This document shows positions 13,392-27,865 of a DNA stretch of 64,000 nt, piece by piece. The position numbers and the translations under genes were made by a program. Source of the DNA: Podarcis gaigeae. Its lineage: Eukaryota. The notes under the pieces were generated by a model. The model had not been told where the DNA came from, searched no databases, and was given only the letters and a program-made list of their open reading frames with translations. Each line of letters begins with the position of its first letter. The stretch's first letter is position 1. The stretch lies in assembly GCA_964106915.2 (NCBI GenBank), contig OZ066916.1; one strand, 5' to 3'.

Positions 13392-16300
13392 GTAAGTGGA
13401 TCACTCTTAAACCCTAATGGGATGGACAATGTGCAAAATAAATCCTCTTGCAAACAATACCAAGAGCATGTGGCTTTATTGCAAGTCTTGCACTGAATTG
13501 GTATGTTGTGGTGGGCAGCTCAGTCAGCTTTCTGTGGGTGAATAAATGCTTTTGTCAGCATAATTCTATTTGTAGAGGCGTCTTCCTGGACAGGCAATAT
13601 GAATTGCTGGTAGTAGCTCCTGTAGCAAGGTTTTACAAAATCATTCATTGTTTGCTAGATATTTTCTAGCATTGACTGTACCATGTTTTCAAAATCTCTT
13701 GAATAGTTTTGCCCTCAACCCATTTCTCTTTGTCGTCAGGGTTTATAAACTGCTCCTGTTCCAATGTTCATAGAATCTTTCATGAATCTTAACGGTTTCT
13801 CTAAAATGGTACTTGGTATTCAGAGCTGTTTTCTTCTACCATCACCCCCAGCAAAGAAGCTGGGATGTGCACACACACCATGTTTTCCTCATTATGTGGA
13901 GCTAGTGAAAGGTGCTCCTACTTTTAGGTGCAGCAGTGGGCCTCCAGCCACAAGGATATCATAAACCTTGAGTGGCCAAGGGAGATGGAACTCCACCAGT
14001 GACTGGAAACTTCCTGCCTCTGCTGAGTATTAATACCACACGTATCCGTTTCTCTCTATGATCAAACAAATGTGGAATTTGAATGTTCTTTTTGGTATAA
14101 TGTGGAATTCTTGAATGTGTGACCAGCTCTTCCAAATGTTCCCCTATCCATGCTCCTAGGTGAACTATTTTTTATTTATTGCTTTGTCAGTTATGATTCT
14201 TTGGCCTCCTGTCCAGTGCAGACACAAATCATAGAGACAAACACATAATCTGGAAATCTTATAATGTGTAGCTTCGGGCAATTCTCTCTGTTAAGTACAT
14301 CACTAATCCGGAAAAGAAAATACTAGTCTGATGATGACACAAAAAAGCAGACAGCAAGGCAAAAAAGATTATCAAGGTTTGATATACAAAGGCATGTTTT
14401 CTTTAAAAAAAATTAATCCCCAGAAACAAGTCTTTTCCTGCACAGTTGCATTAGGTTCTTTAACTGCTGGTTTATAGTAAAAACCATCTATATGGAAGGC
14501 ATTTTAAAGGTTCTTAAACAAGAATGAAATAAAACTGCTAAAGCAAGCAATTCTTATGTCCAACATACTTGTCCTGCATAGATCTGACTAGGGTTTAGAA
14601 ATTTCAATACAGCTGCTAACCCAGTTTTCAAATCTTCTTATTTTCATAATAAAAACTGTTTACTAACTTATAGAGCATAAAATAACTGCCAGTTTTTCAG
14701 CTGGAAACATGAGCACATGTTAAGAGATAACATTGGTGACCTCCAGTGCTGGATATTGGAGAATTTCTTTTTTTAAAATAATGCTATATTTGGTTTAAGC
14801 TGCAATCTTACATTTCCTTCCCAAGTAGCCTTGGGAAGGGGTACAATGCTTCTCTGCCAGTGGAGAGCGAGGCTCACAGGCACTACTATTGCTGGAAGAC
14901 GCAGCTTTATCCAAATTATGGGAAATTCTGCTGGTTTTGATGCCCTTCTGGCAGTGTTGCAGCATGTAGGAGACAAAACATCCTGCAGCAGTTCATCAAG
15001 GCTTAGGGCAGCTTAGACATGTTTGAATTACAGGGGGTCTGTATGCTTCAGGGCTCACAATTTGGCTTTGCTCTCTCCTTCCCACTTTAACCTTTCAGTC
15101 CCCATTCTGTCTCTTTTTAAACAGTGGAGAGGCTGCAAAAGGAAAGAGGCACGTGAAGCTTGAATGGGTGACCTTCTGTGTCCTAAACAATATCACCAAT
15201 TCCTCCCGCAATTTTAGTGCTTCCTGCTAAGATTAATTTATGTGATGGTAGATGCATTTCTTGCTAGCTGTCTACTCAGTAGTGACTCTCAATTCACTCT
15301 AAAACTATATTTTCTTGAGATTCTAATGGAAGGTAGGAACATATTTGGCATAAAGGAAGAGTCATAATTTTAGACCTGGTTTATTACAGATTTCCATGAG
15401 AATTAAATACACCTTTTGGCGGTATCCCTTTTCTGCCCCTTCTTATTTTTGAGGAGTAGTTAAGAATTGGAGTAGCAATAAGCATGCTCAGATAGAGACT
15501 GAGAAGAACAAAGTGTCTTAGGCTTTTGTACATGTGCTGAGATTTTTGAATCGTTCCTCAGTTACTGATGCTGAAGACACCACGTGGCTTTTAAAAGGCC
15601 ATGTCTGAAAAAACGTTGCATTGACTGTTCTTTCTTTCTAGCTGTTAGCTGAGCCCCTGCTGAGGAGTTGTAGTAAATGTGGCATGTGGGTAGTGCCTTA
15701 CATGGTTGCCAGTATTAACGGCAGTTTCACTACACGATTCCTCTTGTCTTGGGGCTTTCTTCCCTCTGACTTCCTAAAAGAGTACAACTCTGCTCCCCTT
15801 TTTTGTATGCTGCCTCATATTTGGGGTCAATTATCGTTCTTAGGAATTTACTTTGTCCATGCAGCATGCTTTATCCCAGAAAGTAGTCTCTAGAGCAAGC
15901 AAAAATGCAGGGCAGTGTCTGCCCTGTGGCAATCGGCTTGACTTTGTCAGGAGCAGCTAAAATGTTAGAGGCTTTACCTTCACTTTGGCCTCCTGGGAAG
16001 GCAGTCATGAACATGCTTAGCACTATGACAAGTGGTATAATCATCTAGTAGCTAATTAGAAGTAAGATGGCATTCTCTGTGGTGTGATTAAAGTATTTCA
16101 TATCACCTGGAAAAGGAAGGGCAGCTATTGTGGCCACGGAATCCTGTCTCCCAGCTCACATTTTCTCTTTGAACATATACGCAGCTTGAAAGACTAGGTG
16201 CACACTTGAATAATTATGCCCTTCGAAGCCACAGGCCCATTACAACATATGCAGAGTTAGGCATTACTGTTTTTCGAGGGCAGTTGAGCCTTAAAAAATA

Positions 16301-18597
16301 TTTGCTGACAAGGTTGTATGAAATCTGTAGGACAGAGAAGCAAACACAGATTGATAGGTATATCCTCTAGCTCTGCTAGGCTCAGGTGTTTCATTTGCCC
16401 TGTGCTCCATGAATTGTGTGGTGTTGTTTTTAAGGCAGCTTAGAAAAATTAAGACGAACCCCATTCATTCTTAACCAAGATTTTGAACTGTTTCAAAACC
16501 TGGTTTCAAAATTTGGTGAGATCATGGCTTAGAGGTGGCTAATCTTAGAAGCTTCTGGCAGCTCCCTGTGTTCCTAACCATCCTGGCTGGGGCTGATGGG
16601 AGCTGGATCCCAACGACGTTTGGGAGAGCCCCAGGTTAGCAATTTCTCCCATATTCAAGCATTAAAGGGGTGCTATGATGAGGGAGAAAGTGAATGTACT
16701 CATTGGCCCCCAGGACACTCTGAGGTGTCTCTGCCACCCAACCAAGCCACCTTCCACATGTTAGAGGGTGAGGGTCTTCAGCAAGGACCCTGCTATACTC
16801 ATAGGGTACTCCTTGCTCATGCAGGGCTTTATATAAAGCAGGCTCCCCACAGGACACCCTCTGCAATGCAGAGTAGCAGTGACTGATTGGGGCATAACCT
16901 GCCAGTGAAGGAGTGAGGAAACACCAGCCTGTCAGTCAACCTTGGCCTACCATGTTGTTTCCACACAGTGATGTCAGCCAATGGGCAGGAGAACAGGGTT
17001 TAATCCTGCATTGGCTGTATGCCCTTGAAGTGTTAGTGATGATTAACATTGATGAGCATATGATTCTTAGACATCATTACAAGTTGTGTTCCAATGAAAT
17101 GTTACTGCTCAGTCTTCTTCTGTAGCTGTGATTATGTTGGTGTGAATAGGTTGCTGGTCTGGGCATAGGATGCGCTTGGAGTTTTGCTCCAGGTCAAGCA
17201 CCACTGGGAAGGAGCATCATTCCAGATCTTCAGTGTTTTTCTGTTTCTGCCTCGGGTGGCAGAAACTCAGCAAAACTGGATCTTTGTCACACACAAACAC
17301 ACCCCGGATGTACACCAATAGTCAAAAGTAACTATGCCAGTTTCTTAATCCTGACCATTGGAGAATATTTCAAAGTTGCCTGTAATAGCTCAAAGCTGAT
17401 TTCAACAGCTGGGTGGGATGCCACAACACAAATTGGTACGTAATTCTTCAGTAATATAAATGAATGCTCTACAGATCCTCCTTTAATCTTTTTTTATACA
17501 CCTGCTGAGTGGAAAAGACAGTTTGCTGGCACTCCTAACTGTATTGAGCTATAGAATTGCCCCAGAAGATTAACACTATTGTACCTGCTGCTCTTGTTAG
17601 CAATGAATGGATCACTCAACCAAACGGTTGGTTGGCTGACTAGCAAACACTGTTGTGTATGCAAATAAAAATAGATAAAAAGGGTGAGAGTTAATCTGTT
17701 TCAGCTTTTGGAAATCTCTGGTTCTTTTATTAGGAAGGAAGGGAAGAGAATGTTAAATGCAATATACAGGACAACTGGTTAGCCGCCGCCCCCCCCCCCT
17801 CCGAAATTATTCCTGTAACAAAACTAAATGATGCTACTGCTTTAGAGAAACATAAATAAACAGAGTGTAAGTTTGGTGGCAGTGGTGTTCTAATTATTTT
17901 ATCTTATTGTAAGCAGGTTGCGGCTTGTATAATTGTCAACTAGCCATTTTGCACAACTGATTTCTTATTGATAAGCCTGTGCAGGATTTCCCTAGAAGGG
18001 TCTCAAATACATCATGGAGACCTGCTTATGAATTACCATTGCAAAATACAAAATCTGACTTCCAACATGTATTGCTCTTGGTTAGTGTAGCTCCCCAGCT
18101 TGCCATGGACTGAGGTTCACCCACAGTAGGATACCTTGGCAGGAATGCTTTCCAAAGAGTATCACCATGGGTTAAATTCAAGAGATCTTATCCTTTTCCC
18201 CACATATAATTCCTGAGGTATCTGACATTGTTATGGTTACGTTTTGAACCTTTCAAGTGGATAGGGAAGTCTGGACTGGGTCAAGAAGCATGGTTTTTCT
18301 TCTCTGTAGGCTTAATAGCCTATGGCTTAATAGATTTTATAGATGGGATAGCATACATTTGCAACATGCAGAGCTATATTTCTTGTTAGAGTAACATGTA
18401 ATAATGAGGCCAATGACAGGTGTGACATTAAGGGTTGTTGTGTATTCTAGATGAATTGGTTTTGTGGATTCCCATGACCTCCTTAAATTTACTAAATCAC
18501 CTTGGAAAGTAGGTGGAAGCAATTCAGTACTGTTCTGTCTTTTTATGATTGAAAGGGTCATTAATACAGTTGTACCTCGTTTTGCGGCTGGGATCCG

Positions 18598-18920
18598 ATT
18601 GCAGCCTGGAATAGCATTAAGTAGCTTTTGTTTGCTGCTGCAACACACTGTTGATGCATTTTAAACTTGTGGTCAAATAAGACCCCTAGATCCTTTTCAC
18701 ATGTACAGTGGATCCATCCCAGAGCCCGTCCGTAACGTGAAAAGCCCACAACTCAAAGTGCCACGTCTGCGCAGGTGTGTGGTGCAAGCAGACGCATCAT
18801 GAGGTATGACTGTACTACTGACAAGCCAGGTGTACCCCATCTTATATTTGTGCAGCTGGTTCTTACTGCCTATGTATAGAAACTTACATTTGTCCCTATT
18901 GAAAGTCAATTTGTTAGTTT
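18598..18920 (-). mobile_element. CR1 LINE fragment interrupted by a MITE
   Basis: TCEKDLGVLFDHKFKMHQQC and FNRDKCKFLYIGSKNQLHKYKMG; colinear with 10480-10670. Confidence 0.85.
18706..18812. mobile_element. Tigger-like MITE inserted at TA within a CR1 fragment (left end displaced to 18567)
   Basis: CACATG-TA-[CAGTG...GAGGTATGACTG]-TA-CTACTG versus the uninterrupted CACATGTACTACTGG in the CR1 at 10571. Confidence 0.7.
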
Positions 18921-21900
18921 GGTTATTTCAAGTGTATTTGATTTGAACCTGATTAAGCTGTTCTGATCATGGCTACTGATTTATATTGGTGTGACTGCAG
19001 AACCGTTTCAAAAATATCTGTAGTGATAAGGATTATTATAAGGTTTTTTTCTAGCAAAACTAGCCTAGGATAACACTTTATTTGCAAGTATGTGTTGCTT
19101 CAGTTCTCTGCCTCCTGACATTAGTATCTCACTAGGAAATGGTCTGCTTTTGGTCTTATAACATGCTTTATTTAAATTTGAAACCGAGGAAAGAGCTAGC
19201 TGTATAGAAATAAAGCCTGATCTTTTGTAACCCTGCATATTTTTTCACGGAGCAGGAAAAGGCTTTTAATCTATAGTCTTCCAAAAATGCTTAAACCAAG
19301 CCCATTCTTGGACTATTTTATATATGCATAAGTATTGAAAAACAAAGAATTGTTTTTGTTTCTGTTTCTGAGAAAGTGATCAAAATTGCCCATCTATTGC
19401 CTCTTGCTAAACCTGTTTCTCAATTCAGGTAAGCACTGTTTATATAGCAAGTGATAAATGTGTTAATAATCTAGTTAATTCCCATATTCTGTTTCTGTGG
19501 CTGAAGTGTCTTTGTTGATACAGCTTTGTTGATGTGCGAGACACAGTAATCTTTTAACAGGCTTTCTTCTCAGTGCTATGAATAGTAAATGATCTGATGT
19601 CCTCACTATTACATGGCTGAGAAAATAGCATGGGAAAGCCACAGTCCTTTTCTCACATTGAGTCTTTTTCTGTATGCCTTATATTATGCTTCCCCACAGT
19701 GTATGCCCAAACCTTTCCTACATCTGGGGCTTACACCTATGAACTCAGACATTCCCATGTTTATCATGCTGCTTTGGCTATAGAACAGAGGTCCCTAACC
19801 TTTTGATGCCAAGGGAGCATATTTGACAATCTAAGAAAAATAAGGAATACCCATTTCAAAACTAGTGATGCTAAGACACTCCCCCTCACACACAGAAAAA
19901 AGGGCAAAACACCTATGCTTCCCCCCAAAAATAAATAAAACAAAAAAGATAACATTTCTCCTTTTTCTTCTCCAGAAACAGCAGTGAATGTTTTGCTGTA
20001 ATTTCAGGGAGACAATAAGACTTGGCTCTGATAGGTTTAATAAAGATTCATAGACCATTCCATTATGACGGTTGCCAGCTATGCGATTAGGGAGTTTCCA
20101 GCCTTTTTATTATGGCTTCATATGCTTGCAGCTGCTGTGACATTGTTTGCCGCTGTAGTTTTGGTTGACCTTAAAGGGTCTAAGAATTCTTAAACAGAAA
20201 AAACCCCAGAATCTTTGTTGCATAGCTTTGATCATTTTCCTTCAGAGACTCACTGAGGGATCAAGTTTATTTCTAAATGACATTTCTGTTTCCAGGTTGA
20301 GTTTGCAGAGCTATTAAATGACCAGGCATAACATGATGCAACGATGCATCTCTGGGGACTGGGTTGTTGTTGTTTTGGTTCCATCTGCTGTATTACACTT
20401 CATGATCATGAGAAAGTTGACTTGTTCCTTCTCTTGTCACACTCTTATCACAACTCTCACAACCTATTGCCTGCTAAGAGTTTTCCAACAACTTTTTTTC
20501 AGCCCCTGCCAGCTGAAAAAGTGGTTATGACTTGTAGACCCTTCCATGCACATTGCTCAACACCTCTGCATTATATACTCCTTAAGTGCTTTTGCTTGGC
20601 TGGAATTTGTCCATGAACTCTGATGAACCGTTTGCTTACTTGGATAGAGAATAGAGGGGGGTGGGTGGGTAGAAACTAGCCTACTGTACGAAGGTAACAT
20701 TTACATTAAATTCTCTACCTTTTGCCCCTGCCCTGGACCTGCCTACTACTGACATGTGGCCCTCAGCAAATTGTCCAGAAGGGAATGTCATCATCAAACC
20801 TTTATTGGCATCACATACAAACATTCAAAATAAATAGGCCAGTGCGATCTTGTCATCATTTGAACAGTACAGTCATTTGCCAAAGGGAAGAAGAGGCGAG
20901 CAATCTATTTCACCATTGTGGATCTCCAGCAAGGGCAGGACCCTGTAGCGTACTTCGGCAACAGAAAATCAAATAGAGGAACTTAGCTACTGTCTTGGTG
21001 AGCTCCTGGTCTCTCCCCTGCAATAAGAAGCGTATAATCTCTGTCTCTGGTTTCCATGTTGGAATACATAGATGGTCTAAAAATTGTTGGCGGAGATCAT
21101 CATACATTTTACATTTAAGGGCCATGAGTTTCTACCAGGTGGGCATCACATGGGCAGATCCTATTTCCTTCTACCATACCTGCAAACCTACCCCAAAGGA
21201 GGTTAGAAGGGTTAGAATTGAATCTAGCCAGAGAAAAAGCCCAGAAGAGACTATTGCCCTTGGGCTAAATAAGTTTTCCCTGCCAATAGAGTATAAGTTG
21301 CATCTCTCTGCAAAACACACAGATGTGTGGACCTGTGCACAGGTGTACTATTTAATCCTGTTCCCCAGATGTACCTGAAAAAGATGCACAGGGAACCCTT
21401 CTAATCAGCTGTTTGGTAGGGAAACATCCAGAGGGCCTCATGAGTAGCTCTGTATCGTGTGATGTGAACTGCAGACTGAGGAAAGGGGATATTGAAGTTC
21501 TGTTAGAAGAAATAACACACTCTCCATTAAGCCTTTTGATGCAGTTTATTTTATCCATTTCCCGCCCAGTGTTTATTGTGCAATGTAAAGCTTTTATAGT
21601 TCTCTGAAGATTGTTTTGTAGTGTTATATGGTGACATTATCTTGTGGCTAACAAGATGTCAGAAGTCTGGGGGGCAGGAATCAGAATGTCGGTAGACTAG
21701 TTCAGTAATTTCACTTACAAATACTTGTCCAAAACTATTGATGGTTGTGCCAAATATCCAACAGATAACTTGACTAGCCTGCTTATAAAGCAATCATCAG
21801 GTACTTTGGCAATACAGATATTATGTATTACAATATATTGTGTGTTTCATTATGTATCATTGCAATATAGGTATCTGTATTCTCATGATATTTTAGTGTG

Positions 21901-22282
21901 GTTTAGTCAAAGTAGTGCCCTCCCACTATTGTTGGACTCTAACTCACATTAACATTCACCAGCATCGCCAAGGGACCGAAATGATAGGAAAACATCACTT
22001 GGATGGACCTCATTCACTACCTCCGCTTTTGTTCTTTTTCACATCAAACAACATTTGCTCTTATAAAAGCAAATTATGAAGCACTTTAAAGTAGTAAGGT
22101 TTCTATATACGTTTTTGTCACTTTTTAAAAGCTGGTTACTGTGGGTCTGTAGTTGTTGTTAGGGCAGGCTCAGTTTGTTACATCTCATTCTATTGAACGT
22201 AAATATGTGTTAGAAATTACAACTGGGAATGAGCTTTTCCTGTTTTGTACTCATTTTTTCCACCCTTTTGACCCAGGTTACA

Positions 22283-22304
22283 GTGTGTGTGTGTGTGTGT
22301 GTGT
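22283..22304. repeat. (GT)11 microsatellite
   Basis: Direct reading. Confidence 0.95.
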
Positions 22305-23408
22305 AGCAATCCTTTCTGCTTCATGAAGCCTCTTAAGTCTCAGCTCCAAGGGAGACTGTGAGTGAAACCAAAAGGTCACACACAGTTTTGGGAAGCCCCC
22401 GGGACATTGTTATAATGACTTAATGCACAAACATATTTTAAGAGAACAGATTTAATGATGAGGTCATAAGTTAATGGAGGCTGGGTGGAAAGGAATGTAG
22501 AGGTGTAGATCATGTATGCCAGAATGTTTAATGTCATGGAGCTTCCTTGTTGTAAAGCCCCGGGTGTGTAGATATAAAATTGCATTTTGGTTAGGTGATG
22601 CTCTTTGGTGCTGGAAGTCAAAACCTGCTTATATGTGGACAGAACTAGTTAAGAACTCATGTTCATCTTTATGTGCTGTTCTTGGTGCTACAATATTTTG
22701 TTTTGCTTGTTTGTTTAAACGATCAAATTATTTAGAAAAGTAAACCTATTGTGAACATGCCCAGTGATTTTTCTCAAATAAGTTTTCCCTTTGTTTTTAT
22801 CTGATTCTCTCATGTGGGTTTTGGAATTCAGTTACTATATAACAAGATCCTCATGGTGTAGCTGACATTTCCCAGAATCCCTTGAATTCGGCGCTATGGA
22901 ATGTTGTGTTGCCATTGGTAAAATGCCACCACACGTTGTCTAAACCCTCAGGCTCAGGATCATGTCAGGGTTTTGTTAACATGGTTCCAGCTGTTCTCAC
23001 TCTTAGTCTATTGTTTTCCTTTCTCCTGCAGAGTTTCTTTATAAATGTTATGGAAGCACACTAGGCCTTTTGTTGTTGTGTTAAATAGTAGTTTTAATGC
23101 TAGTTCACACAGGTATTTGATTATCATAATATCAGAACGACTTCGAGTTCTAACACCTATGAGAGAGATTTGGCACTCAAAGTCTCCCGAAGCAGTATTT
23201 TTCAATGGAGTCAGTTTCCACACTAAAACCCCACTACCACCATAGATTTAAAACAATATGATGCCACTTTAAACAATCATGGCTCCCCCCAAATAATTAT
23301 GGGAGCTGTAGTTGGGTATGGGTCCTGAGAGCAGTTAGGAGACCCTTATTCCTCTCTTAGAGTTGTCATTCCCAGAGATCCTCGTGAAGAGGGACTGATG
23401 GTTAAACC

Positions 23409-23556
23409 CAGTGCTTCTTTCTGGGGGGACACAGGGGTACTCATACCCCTAAACATTTTGTGAATCTAAGTTTGGTCTCATTGAGGGGCAGTATTTCAAT
23501 ATGAGTAGGAAAATGAGAGTACCCCTAAACATTTTTTTAGGGGGGAAAAAGCATTG
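23409..23556. mobile_element. hAT MITE nested in an older repeat
   Basis: CAGTGCTTCTTTC...GAAAAAGCATTG; perfect TSD GTTAAACC; internal repeat TACCCCTAAACATTTT. Confidence 0.85.
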
Positions 23557-24305
23557 GTTAAACCACTCTTGGTACTGCAGTTCTGGAAGGGCCTGTCTGG
23601 TAACCTGCAAATCACTGTTTTAAAGTAAATCTTCCCCAATTAGTTTATAGCTGTCTTGCTTGTGTGACCAAAAATGTAATCTCCACAACTAAATAGCATG
23701 CAGATTAATCTTCTCTGCAATATGTTCCCGAGCACATGGAGTTTCTCATTAGTATACCAGGTGGGGGCTGCAGAAGAAGAGAGACCTTGTTCTTTATAAA
23801 CTGGGAACCAGGACGTTTATATTGCATTGTGTTTGAGAGTTTTAAAAGTGCTTTTTCAATAGCTCTGAAATATGGTAATACTTTTCCAGGTCTCCTCTTA
23901 TCTGTATGAAGTCCATGTGCTATAGTGATGATACTTTATGTTGTTTTTAAAAGAAACCCTGCTTAATATAGGAAGATGTCATTGACCTTATTGAGTAATT
24001 AATGGAGATAATTAAGCTGTCACTGTGGGTGAAATCTGAATACGTTGCAGCTTGAAAAACATGCACAGTCTGAGCAGCAAAGCATTCAGTCTTTGGGTTT
24101 ATTCCTTTGGTATTGGTGAACAGATAAGTATTGTTATTTTCCATAATGGAAGGACTGTTCAGTGTGGCGCTACTGAAGGGATTAGTGTAATATAAAGTGA
24201 AATTGATCTGGAGCAGACTCCTCTTCCACAATTAAAGATAGTTCCATTTACTGAGGAAGAAAAGAGCAGACATGTTTAAGACAACCCTTTTCATTTATTT
24301 CATAG

Positions 24306-24406
24306 GATTACCTTGATTGTATCACTGACCAATCCAAGCTCTCTTTGGGGATGGAGGAACGATCAGCTTTGTTTGGAAACATAAAAGATATCTACCATTT
24401 CAACAG
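24306..24406 (+). CDS. PLEKHG1: PLEKHG1 coding exon (DH domain)
   Basis: [33 protein letters not shown]; tttcatag| acceptor, AG|GTGAGT donor; 101 nt, phase 0 to 2. Confidence 0.95.
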
Positions 24407-24589
24407 GTGAGTAAATATTGGACTTAAATGAAAACATATCTGGGGACCACAAATCCAAGCTTTTGTTCATTCGTGCACTCCCCCCAACAGATTAAATATT
24501 AAAGTAATACTAAAATAGGGGTGGTTGGTGCTTCAGGCCAAAGTCCCCCCAAAGGTATCTGTGCTGTGAAAACAAATGCTAGCACAAGA

Positions 24590-24935
24590 CAGTTACGGGA
24601 CTTCCCAACTGCCATTGGAACAAGTGCCAATGGAATAAGCCCTGCATATGAATGGGTAGGGATTGAGGCATGTTTTAAAAGAGAGGTAGAGCTGGGTATC
24701 CGCATACTGGTGAACACCCAGCCCAAATCCCCTGAAGATATCTCTCAGTGGCTTTGTATAGATGTTAAAAAGCGTGAGGGAGAAGACGGAGCCCTGAGGC
24801 ACCCTACAGGGGACCAGACTCTCATCCTCCAACACCACTTCCTGGACATGGCCTAGGAGGAAGGAGTGGAACCACTGCATAACAGTCCTCTCAGCTTCCA
24901 ACCCCCGTAAATGAAGGTCAGTCGAAGGCAACCTT
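24590..24935 (-). mobile_element. L2-clade LINE reverse transcriptase fragment
   Basis: VPQGSVFSLTLFNIYTKPLRDIFRGFGLGVHQYA-DTQLYLSF (PQG and degenerate YADD motifs). Confidence 0.85.
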
Positions 24936-27513
24936 CCCTCACTTGGGCAGCAGCCCCAAACAATTTACAGGCAGCAGCCCTGAGCAAGGGAAGACCAATC
25001 TGTCAGTACCTGCTGGTGAGTTTCTGTACCAGTTCTTTAGGCAGGAAGCTTTTGCTTCAGTCAGAGAGGTCCTCCTCATACTTTTGGGTTTTATTTTTAT
25101 TTATTTATTTGCATTTTCCTGCACTGCTTATTTTCATTGAAGGTAAGAAGAACCCTTCCATTTCTTTTTCTAATTACCTTCTAACTACCTCTAATTAGCT
25201 TTTGCAGATGAATGTCATGGAATCATGGGGATAACAAGCTGAATACCCAGTCATTACTTTGTCAGATTTTGTGGTGTAGATGAAGATAGCATAAAAGTAC
25301 ACATTCCTCCATAGTTGGTTCCCAAAACAGTTCAGTTGTGCACATGCACTTGTTTGCCCACAAATACTACCCTTGTAGTCCAGAGATTAAACATCTGACG
25401 ATGTAGCTTTGTATTGCAATAGTACTCCATGTTCATATTTAGATTATGTAATTAAAGAGCGATGGACTACAGGGTCAAAGATCTAATATGGGCTTTAGTG
25501 TAAAGTGCTGCTGGCATAGATAACTGTTATCTTGCATCAAGAGTTGGCCGGCATAGGGTTCTGCCCCTTCTTTTTAAATGTATGCCCCTTTTAAAAACAT
25601 TTTACGTAGTCATTTCTGCAGACATGCAATACTGAACAATTTCTCTACTTTGACCTATTGGCTTCTTGTCAAGAAAAGCCTTTGCTAAGTAGTGCCAGGC
25701 AATGCATACAAACATGAAATTTAAATTAAAAGATAAAGACGTGTAAAAGAATGGCCCTCTAAGTGGTTTTGGCTGCTAGACTTTTTACTGCATTTCTCTC
25801 TCTTTTTCAGTTTTTGGCAGCCTGACGTTCACTAGGCACGGCACAGACTTGTCAGGGCATTTGAAAAATGACAGTCAGCTTTGGATTATTAATTCTTTGA
25901 AGCCATTTGCTATTCTTCATTTGTAAAATTTAACCTTCTGCCTGGACCGGGAGAAAATGAGTGATTCCCTCCCTTTACTATTCTGTAATGTCTTGATCCT
26001 ACAGAGATGCAAGGACCTAATAATATTTTTACAAACAGCCCCCCTCCCCAATACTATGCAACTCTTTCAGGAAAGAGTAATTGTAAGCAGGAACAGGAAG
26101 TACAGAGCTGTGGGCACCAAGCACAGGGATTAAATAGGCCATGACTTAAAATAAAGAAATGTGGGAACGAGAACATAGCTAATGAGACAAAGTGTGAAGG
26201 GATGCTGGGACCCACTCAAATGAGATGATCAAGGATAACTAGCCAAGATGCCCCTTGGCACAACTGTACTGACCTTTTAAGCTAATGCCCATTTTCCTCC
26301 TCTAGTAAAGAACATACTGTGAGGTAGGTTCCTCACTGGAGTTGCTGGTTGACATTATTTTCACAACCAAAAGCAGCATTCCCCATCATAAGCTGCTGTG
26401 TAGCTGTGTGAATGCTTGCCATTCCCTGTCTCACTGGGATGAATCTGCCATTCATCTCCTAGCCAATATACAGCAACTTTCCCATTGTATGCAACCTGCA
26501 CCCAATAAGACCTGGGTTGTTTTCACAGTTACCTGGGGAAAAGTTCCCTGGAAGTCGGTGGAATGTATTTCTGAGTAACTATGGTTAGGATCACATGCCG
26601 AAGGTTAGGCTAAATATGATACACAGAGACATATGCTTCTTTCTTCCACAGTCAAATCAAAAGAGTTGGGGTGGGGATAAAGCACAACTGTGCGCTCTGT
26701 GTTAGTCTGTACTTGATGTTGCAAGCCTATGCCTGCTCCGTAGCAACAACCTCACTGATCTCAAAGGGCCTGCTAAGTGAAATGCAAAGAATCAGGTTTG
26801 TAACTGTAAGTTCAGTTACTGATGGATGCTTTTGATATTTCCTCCCCAACAGCAGACTAATGAGACTGTGGCAATCCTGATTATCTTTGGTGCCTCTAAA
26901 TCTGCTGTAAAGCTTATAAACTTACCCTGCTAATTATCCACTCAGTTTTGTTTAAAAATAAGCATGCATCCACTTACAGCAACAATTAATGTCAAAATCT
27001 ATTTGGCTACCAGCGTGTCAAAAGTTAAAAGAACAGCTCGCACGTGAGAGCCTGCTTATAAACACAACAGGGCAGGGTTGTTTGCGTGTATGGCCTGGTG
27101 CAGGAAACCATTTTATACTTTGCTGTCTCTCTTCCACCTTTCCTAAGTAGTGTAAGCAGTGCAATGACTTATGTTTTCTCTCCTCGTTGTGATTCAAGGG
27201 TTTTTGTACATAATTGAGAAGGGAGTAGCAACCGAAGTGGCTAGAGAGAGAATCCTTCCTCAATAGGAGAGAGAGAGATAGGCATGTGGCCCCATAATAT
27301 ACAGCAGCACTATGGGTGCTACGTGCATGGATCAGTGTGCTTGTGCATGGAAGGCCTCCCTAGTGCTGCTCTTCATGCTCTTCTGCATGTTCGTGTTGCC
27401 CTTCCCATTCAAGGTTTTTTAAGCTACACAATACTCTCTCTGTGTGAAAGATAGCGACAGAGATACAGAAAGGTGCATGGTGATGTTTGTAAAAGAGCTA
27501 CACTATGGAGGTG

Positions 27514-27865
27514 CAGGGGTGGAGGAAGGGGGTATGGTGGGTGCGGGTCACCCCGGGTGTCACCACTGAGGGAGGGTGACAAAATGCCAGGCAGCACTCA
27601 CCGTGGGGCCTGCAGTGCGCCCGAGCCACACATCTCTCCTGGGAGAGATGCAGTGGCTTGGGCACCCGCTGGCTCTGTGCTGCCCAAATGGTTGGCCCTC
27701 TGCCTACCCACCCCACCCCCAGCTGTAGTGCGGCTGAGTGTGAGGAGGCAGGCAGATTCTGGAGGCCCCGCAGTGTGCCCCACCCTCACCCCACCCCTAT
27801 GGGTGGCTTGCCCTGCCCCTATGGGCGCGCCGCCTCAGGCTCCGCAGCGGCTTCCTCCGCCGCTC
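27514..27865. mobile_element. GC-rich probable hAT-type non-autonomous element
   Basis: Imperfect termini CAGGGGTGGAGGAAG / CTTCCTCCGCCGCT; sharp GC jump; no clear TSD. Confidence 0.5.

Noticed and set aside
13085-13453. Antisense ORFs over PLEKHG1 exons (also 46112-46687)
   Set aside because: Shadow ORFs of the coding strand.
17417-19434. Possible alternative first-exon donors (TTG|GTACGT at about 17435; CAG|GTAAGC at about 19428)
   Set aside because: Donor-like hexamers occur by chance; no convincing ORF or promoter evidence from sequence alone.
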